Shown: positions 30,280-42,024, counted from the first letter of the stretch. The stretch is 64,000 nucleotides of DNA from an uncultured cyanobacterium (GCA_963803805.1 CAWDOD010000002.1:1-64000), one strand, 5' to 3'. Program-made: numbers and translations. Notes: a model not told the origin generated them from the sequence alone.

Positions 30280-31056
30280 ATGCCCAGAGTCTACAAAGTT
30301 GATAAACTTAGGGTACAGAAATACGATTCAGCAAAAGAATTAGCTAAGGAGGCAGCACAAGATGTTAGAGATTATCTACAGCTTGTTTTAAAAGAAAACG
30401 GCCGAGCTAATTTGGTTTTAGCCACAGGGAAATCTCAGCTCGAATTCTTAGACAATTTGCTCACATTAGGAGGTTTGGATTGGTCAAAAATAACGTGCTT
30501 TCACTTAGATGAATATTTAGGTATTTCTGCGAATCATAACTCTAGTTTTCGTCATTATCTTCAAGAAAAGATGGACAAAAAATTTCATCCTGGAAAGTTT
30601 TATTACCTAGTCGGAGATACTCTTGAACCTTTAAAAGAATGTGAACGTTATACTAAACTACTACAAGCTCAATCCCTTGATATATGCTGTCTTGGTATTG
30701 GAGAAAATGGTCATCTGGCTTTTAATGATCCTTCTGTGGCTAACTTTAGTGATCCTTACTGGGTTAAATTAGTAAAATTAGACCAGCTTAATCGTCAACA
30801 ACAAGTAAATCAGGGTCATTTTAATAATCTTGAAGCTGTACCTAATTATGCTTTCACTTTAACTATTACAGCTATTTGTACTGCTGCAAAAATAATTTGT
30901 CTTGCTCCAGAATTACGTAAAGCTGCGGTGGTAAAAAAGATGTTATTAGGGGATATTAGTACTCATTGCCCCGCTTCCATTCTCCGCAGACAAGCAAATG
31001 CAACTTTGTTTCTTGATCGAAATTCTGCTAGTCTGTTACCAGAGAAAATGTTTTAG
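30280..31056 (+). CDS. Glucosamine-6-phosphate deaminase family protein (NagB-like)
   Basis: LATGKSQ, FHLDEY, LGIGENGHLAFNDP, CPASIL. Confidence 0.88.
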   Translation: MPRVYKVDKLRVQKYDSAKELAKEAAQDVRDYLQLVLKENGRANLVLATGKSQLEFLDNLLTLGGLDWSKITCFHLDEYLGISANHNSSFRHYLQEKMDKKFHPGKFYYLVGDTLEPLKECERYTKLLQAQSLDICCLGIGENGHLAFNDPSVANFSDPYWVKLVKLDQLNRQQQVNQGHFNNLEAVPNYAFTLTITAICTAAKIICLAPELRKAAVVKKMLLGDISTHCPASILRRQANATLFLDRNSASLLPEKMF

Positions 31057-31140
31057 TCATCAGCGTATCGAAGAAGACTAATACTTCACAATCAAAATTA
31101 CTATCTGAAATTGCAACTTAAGGACAATAACTTAGTTAGA

Positions 31141-31149
31141 GGGAATACT
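31141..31149 (+). promoter_or_regulatory. Candidate SigJ/SigF-type promoter element (J-box)
   Basis: Exact GGGAATACT about 90 bp upstream of the kinase ATG. Confidence 0.45.
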
Positions 31150-31240
31150 GTAGTAGTAGATTTATTTTGTTTTGGTAAGAAGCAAATCGAGAAGTAAAAG
31201 TTATTTTTAATTAAAGTATCAGAGCAACTTCTAGTTAACT

Positions 31241-34200
31241 ATGATAGCAATTCCTGGCTACAAAATTAATTCTCTTCTAGAAGAAGGAACTAGTACAATT
31301 GTTTATAGAGGTACAATAATTTCTACTGCTAGACCAGTCATTATTAAAGTTCTTAAAAAAGAATATCCTTCCTTAGAAGAAATTACCAGCCTAAAGTATG
31401 AATATGAAATTCATCAAAGTCTGCCGATCACAGGAGTTGTTCAAGCTTTAAACTTAGAACCATATCAAAATAGCTTTGCCCTCATCTTAGAAGATTTTTC
31501 TGGTGAAGATATTGAAAGCTTTTTGCAACAAAAACAAATTAACATTCAAGAGTTTCTTAAATTAGCTATTCAAATTATAGAAATAATTGGTGAGATACAT
31601 CAACATCAAGTTATTCATAAAGATATTAAACCAGCTAATATAATTATTAATTCTTCCACCGGAGAACTAAAAATAACTGATTTTGGTATTGCCTCACGCC
31701 TGGTAAAAGAAAACCCAACTGCCAATAATATTAATCTTATTGAAGGGACTCTTGCTTATATGTCCCCTGAACAAACAGGCAGGATGAATAGAGCGCTTGA
31801 TTATCGTAGTGACTATTACTCTTTGGGAGTAACTTTTTATGAAATATTAACGGGGCAACTACCTTTTACTACTACAGAATCCCCTAGAACTTGTTCACTG
31901 TCATATTGCCAAACAACCCCTGGCCCCAGCAAGAATAAATCCAAAAATTCCTCAAGGTATCTCTGATATTGTTAGCAAATTGTTAGCTAAAACTGCTGAA
32001 GCTAGATATCAAAGTGCTTTAGGACTCAAATATGACTTAGAATATTGCCTTTCTCAGTTAGAATCTACTGGTTCTATTCCTATTTTCAATGTTGGGATCA
32101 GGGATTTATCAGGGCAACTATTGATACCTCAAAAACTTTACGGTAGAGAAGAAGAAATTACTAGTTTAGTTCAGTCTTTTGAGCGAGTGAGTCAAGGGGC
32201 TACGGAAATGATCTTAGTTTCAGGTTATTCAGGAATTGGCAAAACTTCAGTTGTCAAGGAAATTTACAAGCCTGTTTTAGCTCACAAAGGCTATTTTTTT
32301 AGTGGTAAATTTGAAAGATTTAAAGGAAACATTCCTTATACGGCTTTAATACAAGCCTTTTCTAAATTAATACAGCAACTTCTAACTGAAGGTGGAGAAA
32401 AAATAGCAATTTGGCAACAAAAGCTGCTTACTGCTTTGGGAAATAATAGTCAAATTATTACAGATGTTATTCCTGAAGTTCAATTAATGCTTGGAGATCA
32501 ACCAAAAGTAGCTGAACTTTCTCCTCATGAGGCTCAAAATCGTTTCAACCGTGTATTCAAAGAATTTATTCATGTTTTTACAAAAGCTGAACACCCCCTA
32601 GTTTTATTCCTTGACGATCTTCAGTGGGCTGATTTAGCATCTCTTAAATTAATTAAATTGCTGATGAACGATTCTCAAAGTCAGTATTTGTTATTAATAG
32701 GTGCTTATCGAAGTAATGAAGTTAATTCTATTCATCCTTTAATGACAACCTTAGAGGAGATTCGTGATCAAGAAGCTATTATTAACAAATTAAGCTTGAA
32801 ATCTTTATCTTTAGATAGTGTTAGTGAATTACTAAAAGATACTCTTCAAGAATCACAAAATATTCAGCCTCTAGCCAAATTATTGTACAACCGTACCGCG
32901 GGTAATCCTTTCTTTTTGACTCAAATCTTACAAACTTTAGAAGAAGAAAAATTATTAACTTTTGATTTTACCAAAGGAAATTGGCATTGGAATCTAGAAG
33001 AAATTCAAAAAGTTGGTATTACTAATCAAAATGTAGTTGAGTTAGTAGCTAGTAATATCCAAAAATTACCAGAAGCAACTCAAGAAGTTCTTAAATTAGC
33101 TGCTTGTCTTGGCAGTCAGTTTAGTCTCAATACACTCTCAGCTATACAAGCTGAATCTCCAAAAAATACGGCTGCTAATTTATGGGAAGCTTTACAAGCT
33201 GGAGTCATACTGCCCTTAGACAATCGTTACAAAATGATCTTCTCTCTAGAGAGCAAAGAGAATATTAATGATTTTCAGATTGAATATAAGTTTATTCATG
33301 ACCGTATTCAACAAGCAGCATACTCTCTAATTTCTTTACAAGAAAAACAAGAATTACACCAGAATATTGGGAAAACACTCCTTAAAAATACTTCTAAAGA
33401 AGAATTAGATCATCATGTTTTTGATATTGTTAATCAGTTAAACGTAAGTGCTTACCTGATTAGTGATTCAGCAGAAAGATACGAGTTGGCTGAACTTAAT
33501 CTTATAGCTGGCAAGAAAGCTAAAGCTGCTAATGCTTATGAACCTGCCATGGGATATTTTCAAGTCGGCATTAATTTATTAGCCCCAGACAGTTGGAGTA
33601 ATAACCACCATTTAACCCTTGCTCTTTATACAGAAACTGCGGAAATTGGCTATTTAGTTGGTGATTTTGAGCAAGCTAAACAATTAGCCAATGCCACTAT
33701 AGCTAAAACAAAAAATATCTTGGATCAAGTGAAAGTTTATGACATCAAGATTCAAGCTTATATAGCTCAGAATATGATGTCAGAAGCATTTACACTTGGT
33801 GTAGAAGTGGTAAGACAATTAGGAGTCAATTTACCTAAAAATCCTAGTAAATTTGACATTTTAATTAGTTTAACAAAAACTAGGATTTTGCTTTTTAATC
33901 AAAAAATTGAGAAGCTAATTGATTTGCCAGAAATGATAGATGCTAAAAAGCTAGCAGCTATGAGTATTTTAAATACTATTACTCCGGCTACAGCACAAGC
34001 TAATTCTTTATATTTTCCTTTAATTATTTCTACCATAATTCAGCTATCAATGAAGTATGGTAATTGTGCCGATGCAGTTTTTGGAGGATATGTTGGTTAT
34101 GCGTCTATGCTCTGTTCTAATTTGATTGGAGATATTGAGAAAGGCTACCTTTTTGGTTGTTTAGGATTAAAAATTCTAGAGAAATATAATGCACCTCATT

Positions 34201-36656
34201 TAAAGTGTAAAACCTATTACCTTTTCAATAGTATGGTTCGTCATCTCAAAGAACCTTTAAAAAAGACAACTGATGCGTTACTAGAAGGTATAAGCGTAGG
34301 TTTAGAAACGGGAGATATAGAGTATGTAGGCTATTCTTCAGTTAATTATGTAAATGCTTTATTTTTATCTGGTGAAAAACTTCTTTTAGTATCTAAAAAA
34401 ATAGACTACTATATTGAGTTAAATAATAATATTAGCTTTGCTAGTATGACTTCCTGCTTACGAATACTTAAGCAAAATATAACGAATCTGGCTGATGAAG
34501 AATTTGATTTAGCCATAAATGTAAATGAGACAAACTTGCTTCCTAAGCAAAGTCATAACGCTTTTATTCTTAGTACTATCTATATTGGTCAAGCTTTTAC
34601 TAACTATTTAGCTAGAAATTATTATCAAGTTATTGAATTAGCTATATTAATAGAAAAACTTGGTAATGATATCCCTAAACTTTATTGGTTTTGTCTTAAT
34701 AATTTTTACTATAGTTTAGCATTACTAGCTGAATATCAGCATCAGGATAAAACAACACAGAAGCAAAGAATAAAAAAGGTAAAATCTTTACAAAGAGAAA
34801 TGAAAAAGTGGGCGCATCATTCACCTACTAATTATCAACATAAATACGATTTAGTCGAAGCAGAAAAAGCACGAGTATTTGCTCAAGAACTTAAAGCGAT
34901 GACTTACTACGACTTGGCTATTCAAGGAGCAGGAGAATATGGTTATATCCAAGAAAAAGCTTTAGCTAATGAACTAGCAGGAGAATTCTATCTCGAACGG
35001 GGGCGAACCAAAGTTGCTCAAGCTTATTTAACAGATGCTTATTATTGCTATTTAAGCTGGGGAGCTAAAGCAAAGGTAAAAGATTTAGAAACAAGATATT
35101 CTCAGTTGCTTGAGCAAACTATTTTTCTAGAAAAGCCTCAAAATTCAACTATTCGTACTAGTCAAGATTCAACAACAGGAGCAACGTTAGCAGCTTTAGA
35201 TTTATCTACAGTTCTTAAAGCTTCGCAAGCTATTTCTGAAGAGTTAGTTTTAGATAACTTACTTACTAACTTAATTAAAGTTTTAATGGAAAATGCCGGA
35301 GCGCAAAAAGCTCTATTTTTCTTAAAACAAGAAGAGAATTTAGTGTTAGCAGCTAAGGGTTCAATAGAGATAGAGAAAGTTAATGTGCTACCTTTTATTG
35401 CTATTGAAGAACAGCTTGATTTACCCATGAGTGTCATTAATTATGTTCAAACTACTAAAGGCAATGTGGTGTTGAGTGATGCTACAGAGGAAGGTTTATT
35501 TACTAATTCAAACTATGTACGCAAAAATAAACCAAAGTCTATTTTATGCTTACCTGTACTTAATCAAGGTAAATTAACAGGAATTTTGTATTTGGAAAAT
35601 AAAATTACCCAAGGTGCGTTCACTAAAAATCATTTAGAATTACTAAAGCTATTAACTTCCCAAGCTGCTATTTCTCTAGAAAATGCCTTGCTTTATGATA
35701 GTTTGACTGTAGCCAATTTCCAATTAGAGGAGTACAGCCAAAATTTAGAGCAAAAGGTACAGGAAAGAACTCAACAGATAAAAGAAAAAAATGAGCGCTT
35801 ACACCAGACTTTGCAAGAACTAAAAAGTACTCAAACTCAGTTAATTCAAACGGAAAAAATGTCTAGTTTGGGGCAGATGGTAGCTGGTGTTGCTCACGAA
35901 ATCAATAATCCTGTTAATTTTATTTATGGCAACCTTATTCACACCAATGTCTATATAAAAGAATTATTGGATTTGGTAAAACTTTATCAACAAGAGTATC
36001 CTCAGCCAACAATTAAAATTAAAAAAGCAATTGAAACAATAGAACTCGATTTTCTAGTCGAAGACTTATTAAAAATCCTGAAGTCTATGCAGCTAGGTAG
36101 CGATCGCATCCGCGAAATCGTCCTTAGTTTGCGTAACTTTTCAAGATTAGATGAAGTAGATATCAAAACTGTTAATCTACACGAAGGAATTAATAATACT
36201 CTCTTGCTATTACAGCATAGAACAAAAAAAAGCTCTATGCACCCTGAAGTTAAAATAGATAAAAATTATGGTAACTTGCCGGCAATAGACTGTTATCCTG
36301 GGCAGTTAAATCAAGTGTTTATGAATCTTTTTTGCAATGCTATAGATGCTTTAAATTTAGAAACTAGAGATTGGAGTGAAGGACTACCTAAAATTTCTAT
36401 TACTACAGAAACAAAAGATAATAATTGGGTAACTATCCGCATTGCTGATAATGGTAGCGGTATACCAGAATCAGATAAATCCAAACTTTTTGATCCTTTC
36501 TTTACTACTAAGCCTATAGGCAAAGGTACAGGTTTGGGTTTATCTATTAGCTATCACATAGTAGTAGAAAAACATGGGGGTAATTTGACCTGTAATTCTG
36601 TAGTAGGGGAAGGAACAGAATTTACTATTGTTTTACCAACACGACAAATTAAGTAA
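31241..36656 (+). CDS. Ser/Thr kinase-AAA ATPase-GAF-histidine kinase (HstK-like), +1 frameshift at 31877-31881
   Basis: HKDIKPAN, DFG, YMSPEQTGR. Removing one A restores TDPLELVHCHIAKQP. Also GYSGIGKT, LDDLQWAD, GAF, VAHEINNP, GKGTGLG. Confidence 0.92.
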
Positions 36657-36672
36657 ATTCATTTAACATTTG

Positions 36673-37320
36673 TCAATTACTAAACGCTCCTTCTTCATCA
36701 AGAAGAGGATAACTTTTACCTTCTTGTTGATACCTTGCTGCAATTTCTGGATAGCCCCACTCAAATAAAACTCGTTCATAAGTTTGAGAGTCTAGTTGCA
36801 CTTTGTCATACAAACCTGCCTGTAAACGCTGACGTTGTACCTCAAATAAAATAACTGCCGCAGCCACAGAAACGTTCAATGATTGCACCATCCCTACCAT
36901 AGGAATAATAATTTCCTTGTCAACTAAGACAGCAGCCTCTTCACTAACTCCCCACTTTTCTGAACCCATCAAAATTGCTGTGGGTTGGGTATAATCTAAC
37001 TTGCGGTAATCAACGGAGCGATCGCTAAGATGGGCGGCGTAAATATTAAAATCTTTCTCCTTGAGATGCTTGATTGATTCACTGATACTGTCATGTAGAT
37101 GTAAATTAATCCACTTTTCACTGCCCCTAGCTGTACTGTTGTAAGTAGGCATTTCCTGATGGCGATTCACGACATGAGCCTCAAACACCCCTACAGCATC
37201 GCAGGTGCGGAGAATAGCCGAAAAGTTGTGAGGTTTATGAACATTTTCCATCAAAACAGCTAAATCTGGTTGCCGTTTATCTAATACTTGTTTGAGTTTC
37301 TGATAGCGTCTAGGAATCAC
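36673..37320 (-). CDS. trmH: tRNA (guanosine-18 2'-O)-methyltransferase
   Basis: HNFSAILRTCDAVG, MGSEKWG, IPMVGMVQSLNVSVA. Confidence 0.95.
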   Translation of the reverse strand: MIPRRYQKLKQVLDKRQPDLAVLMENVHKPHNFSAILRTCDAVGVFEAHVVNRHQEMPTYNSTARGSEKWINLHLHDSISESIKHLKEKDFNIYAAHLSDRSVDYRKLDYTQPTAILMGSEKWGVSEEAAVLVDKEIIIPMVGMVQSLNVSVAAAVILFEVQRQRLQAGLYDKVQLDSQTYERVLFEWGYPEIAARYQQEGKSYPLLDEEGAFSN

Positions 37321-37338
37321 AAATTTTTGTCTGAAAAA

Positions 37339-38220
37339 TCAAAGCCATTTCTTAATAATTTGGGAAGTAATTTCAGGTTGTTCAAGGTGAGGAACATGAC
37401 CACATTCTTTCACCCATTCAAGCTGACTATGGATAATTGCCTGTTGAAAATTAAAGGCTACTTTTGTACCAAGAATGCGATCATTTTCACCCCAAATAAT
37501 TAAGCTGGGTTGTTGAATTTGCCCTAGTTGCTTGAAAAAGGAACCATAACCACCACTTTTAGTAAAAGCAATTAAAGCTTGGTTCCAATTAACAGATTTT
37601 AGGTGCAAAGCACCACAAAGATAAGCATCTTGGTTAGCGAGATTTTTATCGTAATATGCCGAACGACTAATACCTTGCCTAACCTTGGGGTTACGCAAAA
37701 ATTCCGTCGCCCAAATATCTAAAGGAGGGAACATCAACTTCCCCAATAAAGGGGGGTTAGCCAAACCCGCACTATCCAACAACACTAACTTTTTAACCAC
37801 TTCCGGGTAGGTAAGGGTGAAATCAAGGGCGGCTGCCCCTCCCATAGATGCCCCTAGCAAAATCATGGGCTGGCTGATTTTTTGTTTCCAGAAGTAATAA
37901 AGGTGAGTTTTAATTGCTTCTGGACTAAAAGATAAACCTGCTACCCTTTCTGTAAAACCGAATCCCCACAAATCTACAGCCCAAGTTTCTTGATTCTCCC
38001 CCAGCAAAGGTAATAAGCGGCGAAATTCCAACACTGAACTATCAAACCCATGGAGTAAAAGTATTGGTGTTTGACCACTTCCTTGCTGGGTATAAGTTGT
38101 GAGGATAGGTTGTGAGGTTAAGGGAGTTGTAATAGAGGTTTGTTGAATCTTTTTGGCTAAAGCAATAGAAGTTGCTTGTGTCAGGTTAGCAACTTCAGGA
38201 GGGAGGAAATGAGGGAACAT
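37339..38220 (-). CDS. Alpha/beta-fold hydrolase
   Basis: LLHGFDSS, GASMGG, CGHVPHLE. Confidence 0.92.
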   Translation of the reverse strand: MFPHFLPPEVANLTQATSIALAKKIQQTSITTPLTSQPILTTYTQQGSGQTPILLLHGFDSSVLEFRRLLPLLGENQETWAVDLWGFGFTERVAGLSFSPEAIKTHLYYFWKQKISQPMILLGASMGGAAALDFTLTYPEVVKKLVLLDSAGLANPPLLGKLMFPPLDIWATEFLRNPKVRQGISRSAYYDKNLANQDAYLCGALHLKSVNWNQALIAFTKSGGYGSFFKQLGQIQQPSLIIWGENDRILGTKVAFNFQQAIIHSQLEWVKECGHVPHLEQPEITSQIIKKWL

Positions 38221-38231
38221 AGAAAAGGTAC

Positions 38232-39083
38232 TTATTCGCCTGAGTCTTGGATATTTCCTAAATTAAAGAGGAAAGGTACACCACCTTGGGAATCTCCTCC
38301 TGAAACCAAAACTTTGGGCATTTGCGAACCACCTTGTCGCCATGCTTCAATAGCTTCTTTTTGCAATACCAACTGTCCACCTTGGGCTTTGAGGGTTTCT
38401 GCTAATAATCGTTGTGCTTCTGCCCTACCTTTAGCGCGGTTAATATCGGCTTGTGCCTGTTGTTCTGCTTCTTTAGCGACATAAACAGCACGCCTTGCCT
38501 TCTGTTCAGCAATTTGCTTATCTTCGACCGCTTTGGCAAACTCTGGGGAGAAGTTCAAATCAACCACACTGGTATCAAGAACAATAATACCGTACTTTTT
38601 CAAGCGCTCTCCCAAGGCTTCATCAAAATCTTGCTTCAGTTCGCTTCTTTTGGTAATTGCTTCTTCTACGGTTCTTCTTGCGGCTGCTATTTTAAAAGAT
38701 TCTTGGGTTTGAGGGGCAATAATTTTAGAAACAATATTGGCTAAAGTTCCTTGTTTTCTTCTAATTTCTACCACTCTACTTGGATCGAGGCGGAAGTTAA
38801 TCGCAAACCTAGCAGAGAGGTTTTGCAAGTCCTTAGTAGAACTCTCAGCAGGAACCTCAAATTTCTGTACTGTTAGATCATAAATATCAACATTAGAAAC
38901 CAATGGAGGTCGGACGTGAATACCTTCTAGTAAGGCCCCATCCCTTGCTTTACCCAAAATGCTAATAACTCCTGCTTGCCCTGGGTTAATAATCACAAAA
39001 GAATTAAAACTGACCAGAATAATAATCGCAGCAATGAGGCCACCTACTAATGGTTGCCAGTTTTGTGAAGTTTGACTTCTCAA
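38232..39083 (-). CDS. Prohibitin/SPFH (band 7) protein
   Basis: N-terminal TM, TKDLQ, FSPEFAKAVEDKQIAEQ. Confidence 0.92.
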   Translation of the reverse strand: MRSQTSQNWQPLVGGLIAAIIILVSFNSFVIINPGQAGVISILGKARDGALLEGIHVRPPLVSNVDIYDLTVQKFEVPAESSTKDLQNLSARFAINFRLDPSRVVEIRRKQGTLANIVSKIIAPQTQESFKIAAARRTVEEAITKRSELKQDFDEALGERLKKYGIIVLDTSVVDLNFSPEFAKAVEDKQIAEQKARRAVYVAKEAEQQAQADINRAKGRAEAQRLLAETLKAQGGQLVLQKEAIEAWRQGGSQMPKVLVSGGDSQGGVPFLFNLGNIQDSGE

Positions 39084-39624
39084 GTATGTATCTCCTAATT
39101 GTTATCTTTCTTTGCTATAGATTCAGCATAAAGTTATTCTGGTTCAACCACAATATACTTAACTGCTGCGGGGAGCAGATTTGATAACATTAATTGGAGA
39201 CTTACAGGAAAATTATCTTGAGAAAATCGGAAATGATTTTTCTCACAATTTAGGAAAAATAGCTATATTATTGAGAAAAATAGTGTAGGAGCTACGATCG
39301 CACCCAATAATTACCAACTGAGCCTGACATTACCCCTTAGTCCCTTCTTTCAGAACAGTCAAGGGTTCATCTTAGATTCAGATAACAGATGTGCAAAGGG
39401 TAAACATAGTTTGCTATCAAGAAAATCAACCTATAATTTGCAAGTTGCCTAGAAGCATCAGCTACTCAATTAATTAAATAGTTGAGGCTAGGAACTCATT
39501 TACGAAAGATAAATCTGTGCATTAAAACTAGCTACTCCTAAAAGCAGAAATTTTGTTTTTTGGTAGTTATTCTAGGGGTTGGGGGCATACTTTAATATAC
39601 CTGTAACCCATTATAAGGAGAGAG

Positions 39625-39654
39625 TGTTTGCGCCTATGTTTGCGCAAATGTTTG
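39625..39654 (+). promoter_or_regulatory. Triple direct repeat (TGTTTG, 12-bp period) with embedded palindrome upstream of the HTH-NACHT gene
   Basis: TGTTTGCGCCTA TGTTTGCGCAAA TGTTTG; TTTGCGCAAA is palindromic. Confidence 0.5.
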
Positions 39655-39714
39655 ATTTGGTCTAGAAATTGTATACGAATGAGAAATTAGGGTAAAGATC
39701 AGGATTCATAAATA

Positions 39715-42024
39715 ATGGCAAGGCGATCGCTGAAAGCTTCCTCAGAAGGCATTAAAAAGGCAAAACAAGCATTTGAACGTAAATGCTGGACTCAAGAATA
39801 CCTAGCAGAAACCGTTGGCTTGCAGACTCGCCAACCAATTTGGAAGTTCTTTTCTGGCAAACCAGTAGACCGTAATGTTTTTGCTGAAATCTGTTTTCAA
39901 CTAGACTTAGAATTAGAAGAAATTGTTGCCGTACCTAATTTCACTCAAAGTTCTGTAGAGAAAATAGCTGAAACAAAAAATGCTGAAACTCAGGCTCTCA
40001 ATGACTTAATAGCCAAAGTACGCTCCCAGAGAAAAGAAAAGATTCAGCATCAGTGCGGAACCCTACGTCTATTAGATATTGCTAGGCCTATAGAAATTGA
40101 CGATCTTTATGTCAATGTTAATATCCTTGAAGAAATTACTAGCCAAAGATGGCTACAAATTTCTGACCTCCAGGGTTTCCAACCAGAAGAATTTGACCGC
40201 CTGGGTTTAGGAAAAATGCGCCAGTCTGGAGTCCCAGGGCTAGAAGCTGTACGGAAAAACCCCAAGTTAATGGTTTTAGGTAAGCCGGGGGCAGGAAAAA
40301 CCACCTTTTTACAATACATCGCCATTCAATGTAACCAAGGAAAATTTCTCTCTAACCAAATTCCTGTTTTCATCCGCCTGAAAAACTTTGCTGAAGATGC
40401 TAGCGACGAAGACAACTTTAGTTTTTTAGATTATCTCCAAGTTCAATTTGGTACTCACGACGTTACCCTAGAGCAAATTAAAAATCTACTCCAGGAAGGA
40501 AAAGTGCTACTCCTTCTTGATGGCTTAGATGAAGTACCAGAAACAGCTAGTGACGAAGTTATTAAACAAATTCGTAAGTTTTCGGAAAGATTTTATAAAA
40601 ACAACTTAATTATCACTTGCCGTATAGCTGCCCAAGAGTATCGCTTTCAGGGCTTTACAGAAGTAGAAATTGCTGATTTTAGCCCTGAACAGGTAGAAGC
40701 TTTTGTTAAGAAGTGGTTTGTGACTGTCGTTCGTAATTCCCCAGATTTAGGTCACCAAAAAGCTCAAGCTTTTTTAGAAGAGCTAAATTTACCAGGAAAT
40801 CGCCAAATTCGAGAACTAGCCGTAACTCCTATTCTTCTCAACTTAACCTGCTTAGTTTTCCAAGCCAAAGGAGAATTAAGTTCTCATCGTTCTGATTTAT
40901 ATCGCCAAGGTTTAGATTTGCTGCTTATTCGTTGGGACGAAACCAGAGGAATAAAAAGGGATGCCGTTTATCGTAACTTATCTTTGCCTGATAAACTCAA
41001 ATTGCTCAGCCAGCTTGCCGCTATTACCTTTGAACAGGGAGATTACTTTTTTGAAGCTAACAAGGTCCAACAACTGATTGCTGATTATTTACTTACCTTA
41101 CCCAATCCTCAAACTGACCCAGTAGCCCTATCTTTTGATAGTTCCGCTGCCCTCAAAGCTATTGAAGCCCAACATGGCTTATTAATTGAACGGGCGCGCC
41201 ATATTTACTCTTTTTCTCATTTAACCTTTCAAGAGTATTTCACAGCCAGAAAAATTGCTAACAGCACTGAAGAAGAAAGTTTAGAAGAACTTGTTACTCA
41301 CTTAAATGAAAAGCGTTGGCGAGAAGTCTTTTTGCTAACCACAGAGATGTTGCCGGATGCTAGTCTTTTATTAAAGGCAATAAAAGAAAAAGCAGACCGT
41401 AATCTAGCTGGAGAGCCAGTTTGGCAAGAATTTTTCCATTGGTTAGAAAACAAGTTTTCATCTGTCAATGCACCTTATCATCCCGCCGCAGTCCGTGCTT
41501 TTTACCTTGTCCTTGCCCTTCCTGGTGACCATCCCTTTAACCGCAATCAATCTTTGGCCCTCGCCTTAGATAGTAAAATCGCTGGGGAACGATCTGGAGA
41601 TCTTGCCTTAGACTTAGCCCTTGCTAACCTTTGTTCTTTGGTTCAAAGTTTGACACCAACTCTAATTTATAACCGTTTTTCTTCTTTGGAACTTGCCCTA
41701 GATTTAGACCAACTCCTTGAGGATAAATCAACATTACAAAAAGGGATTCAGCAGTTAAGAAAGCAAGTTCCTGATAAATCTCAAGGCAAGGAAATTCTGC
41801 AAACATGGTGGCAAACTGAAGGAGAAGCTTGGTCAAATCAGTTAGTTTATTTGGTTCAAGAAGAGCGGGATCTTTGTCACCATTGGTATTATAGCGATCA
41901 GCAAAAACAGTTAATGGAGCAGTATTGTCAAGCTAATCAGCTACTTCTAGATTGTTTGAACAGTAATTGTCGGCTTACTTCTGAAGCGAAAAAAGAGATT
42001 GAGAAGAGTTTGTTTGTAATTTAG
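39715..42024 (+). CDS. NACHT NTPase with N-terminal HTH and helical C-terminus
   Basis: WTQEYLAETVGLQTRQPIWKFFSG (XRE-like HTH), Walker A GKPGAGKT, Walker B LLLLDGLDEV, ITCR, FSHLTFQEYF. Confidence 0.92.
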   Translation: MARRSLKASSEGIKKAKQAFERKCWTQEYLAETVGLQTRQPIWKFFSGKPVDRNVFAEICFQLDLELEEIVAVPNFTQSSVEKIAETKNAETQALNDLIAKVRSQRKEKIQHQCGTLRLLDIARPIEIDDLYVNVNILEEITSQRWLQISDLQGFQPEEFDRLGLGKMRQSGVPGLEAVRKNPKLMVLGKPGAGKTTFLQYIAIQCNQGKFLSNQIPVFIRLKNFAEDASDEDNFSFLDYLQVQFGTHDVTLEQIKNLLQEGKVLLLLDGLDEVPETASDEVIKQIRKFSERFYKNNLIITCRIAAQEYRFQGFTEVEIADFSPEQVEAFVKKWFVTVVRNSPDLGHQKAQAFLEELNLPGNRQIRELAVTPILLNLTCLVFQAKGELSSHRSDLYRQGLDLLLIRWDETRGIKRDAVYRNLSLPDKLKLLSQLAAITFEQGDYFFEANKVQQLIADYLLTLPNPQTDPVALSFDSSAALKAIEAQHGLLIERARHIYSFSHLTFQEYFTARKIANSTEEESLEELVTHLNEKRWREVFLLTTEMLPDASLLLKAIKEKADRNLAGEPVWQEFFHWLENKFSSVNAPYHPAAVRAFYLVLALPGDHPFNRNQSLALALDSKIAGERSGDLALDLALANLCSLVQSLTPTLIYNRFSSLELALDLDQLLEDKSTLQKGIQQLRKQVPDKSQGKEILQTWWQTEGEAWSNQLVYLVQEERDLCHHWYYSDQQKQLMEQYCQANQLLLDCLNSNCRLTSEAKKEIEKSLFVI

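Noticed and set aside
31241..31966. Separate kinase gene or programmed frameshift
   Set aside because: One extra A explains the split, and there is no slippery heptamer at the site.
39330..39525. Tiny minus-strand ORFs (MHRFIFRK, MLLGNLQIIG, MFTLCTSVI) or a glutamine riboswitch
   Set aside because: The ORFs are no longer than expected by chance, and the glnA-motif core was not matched.
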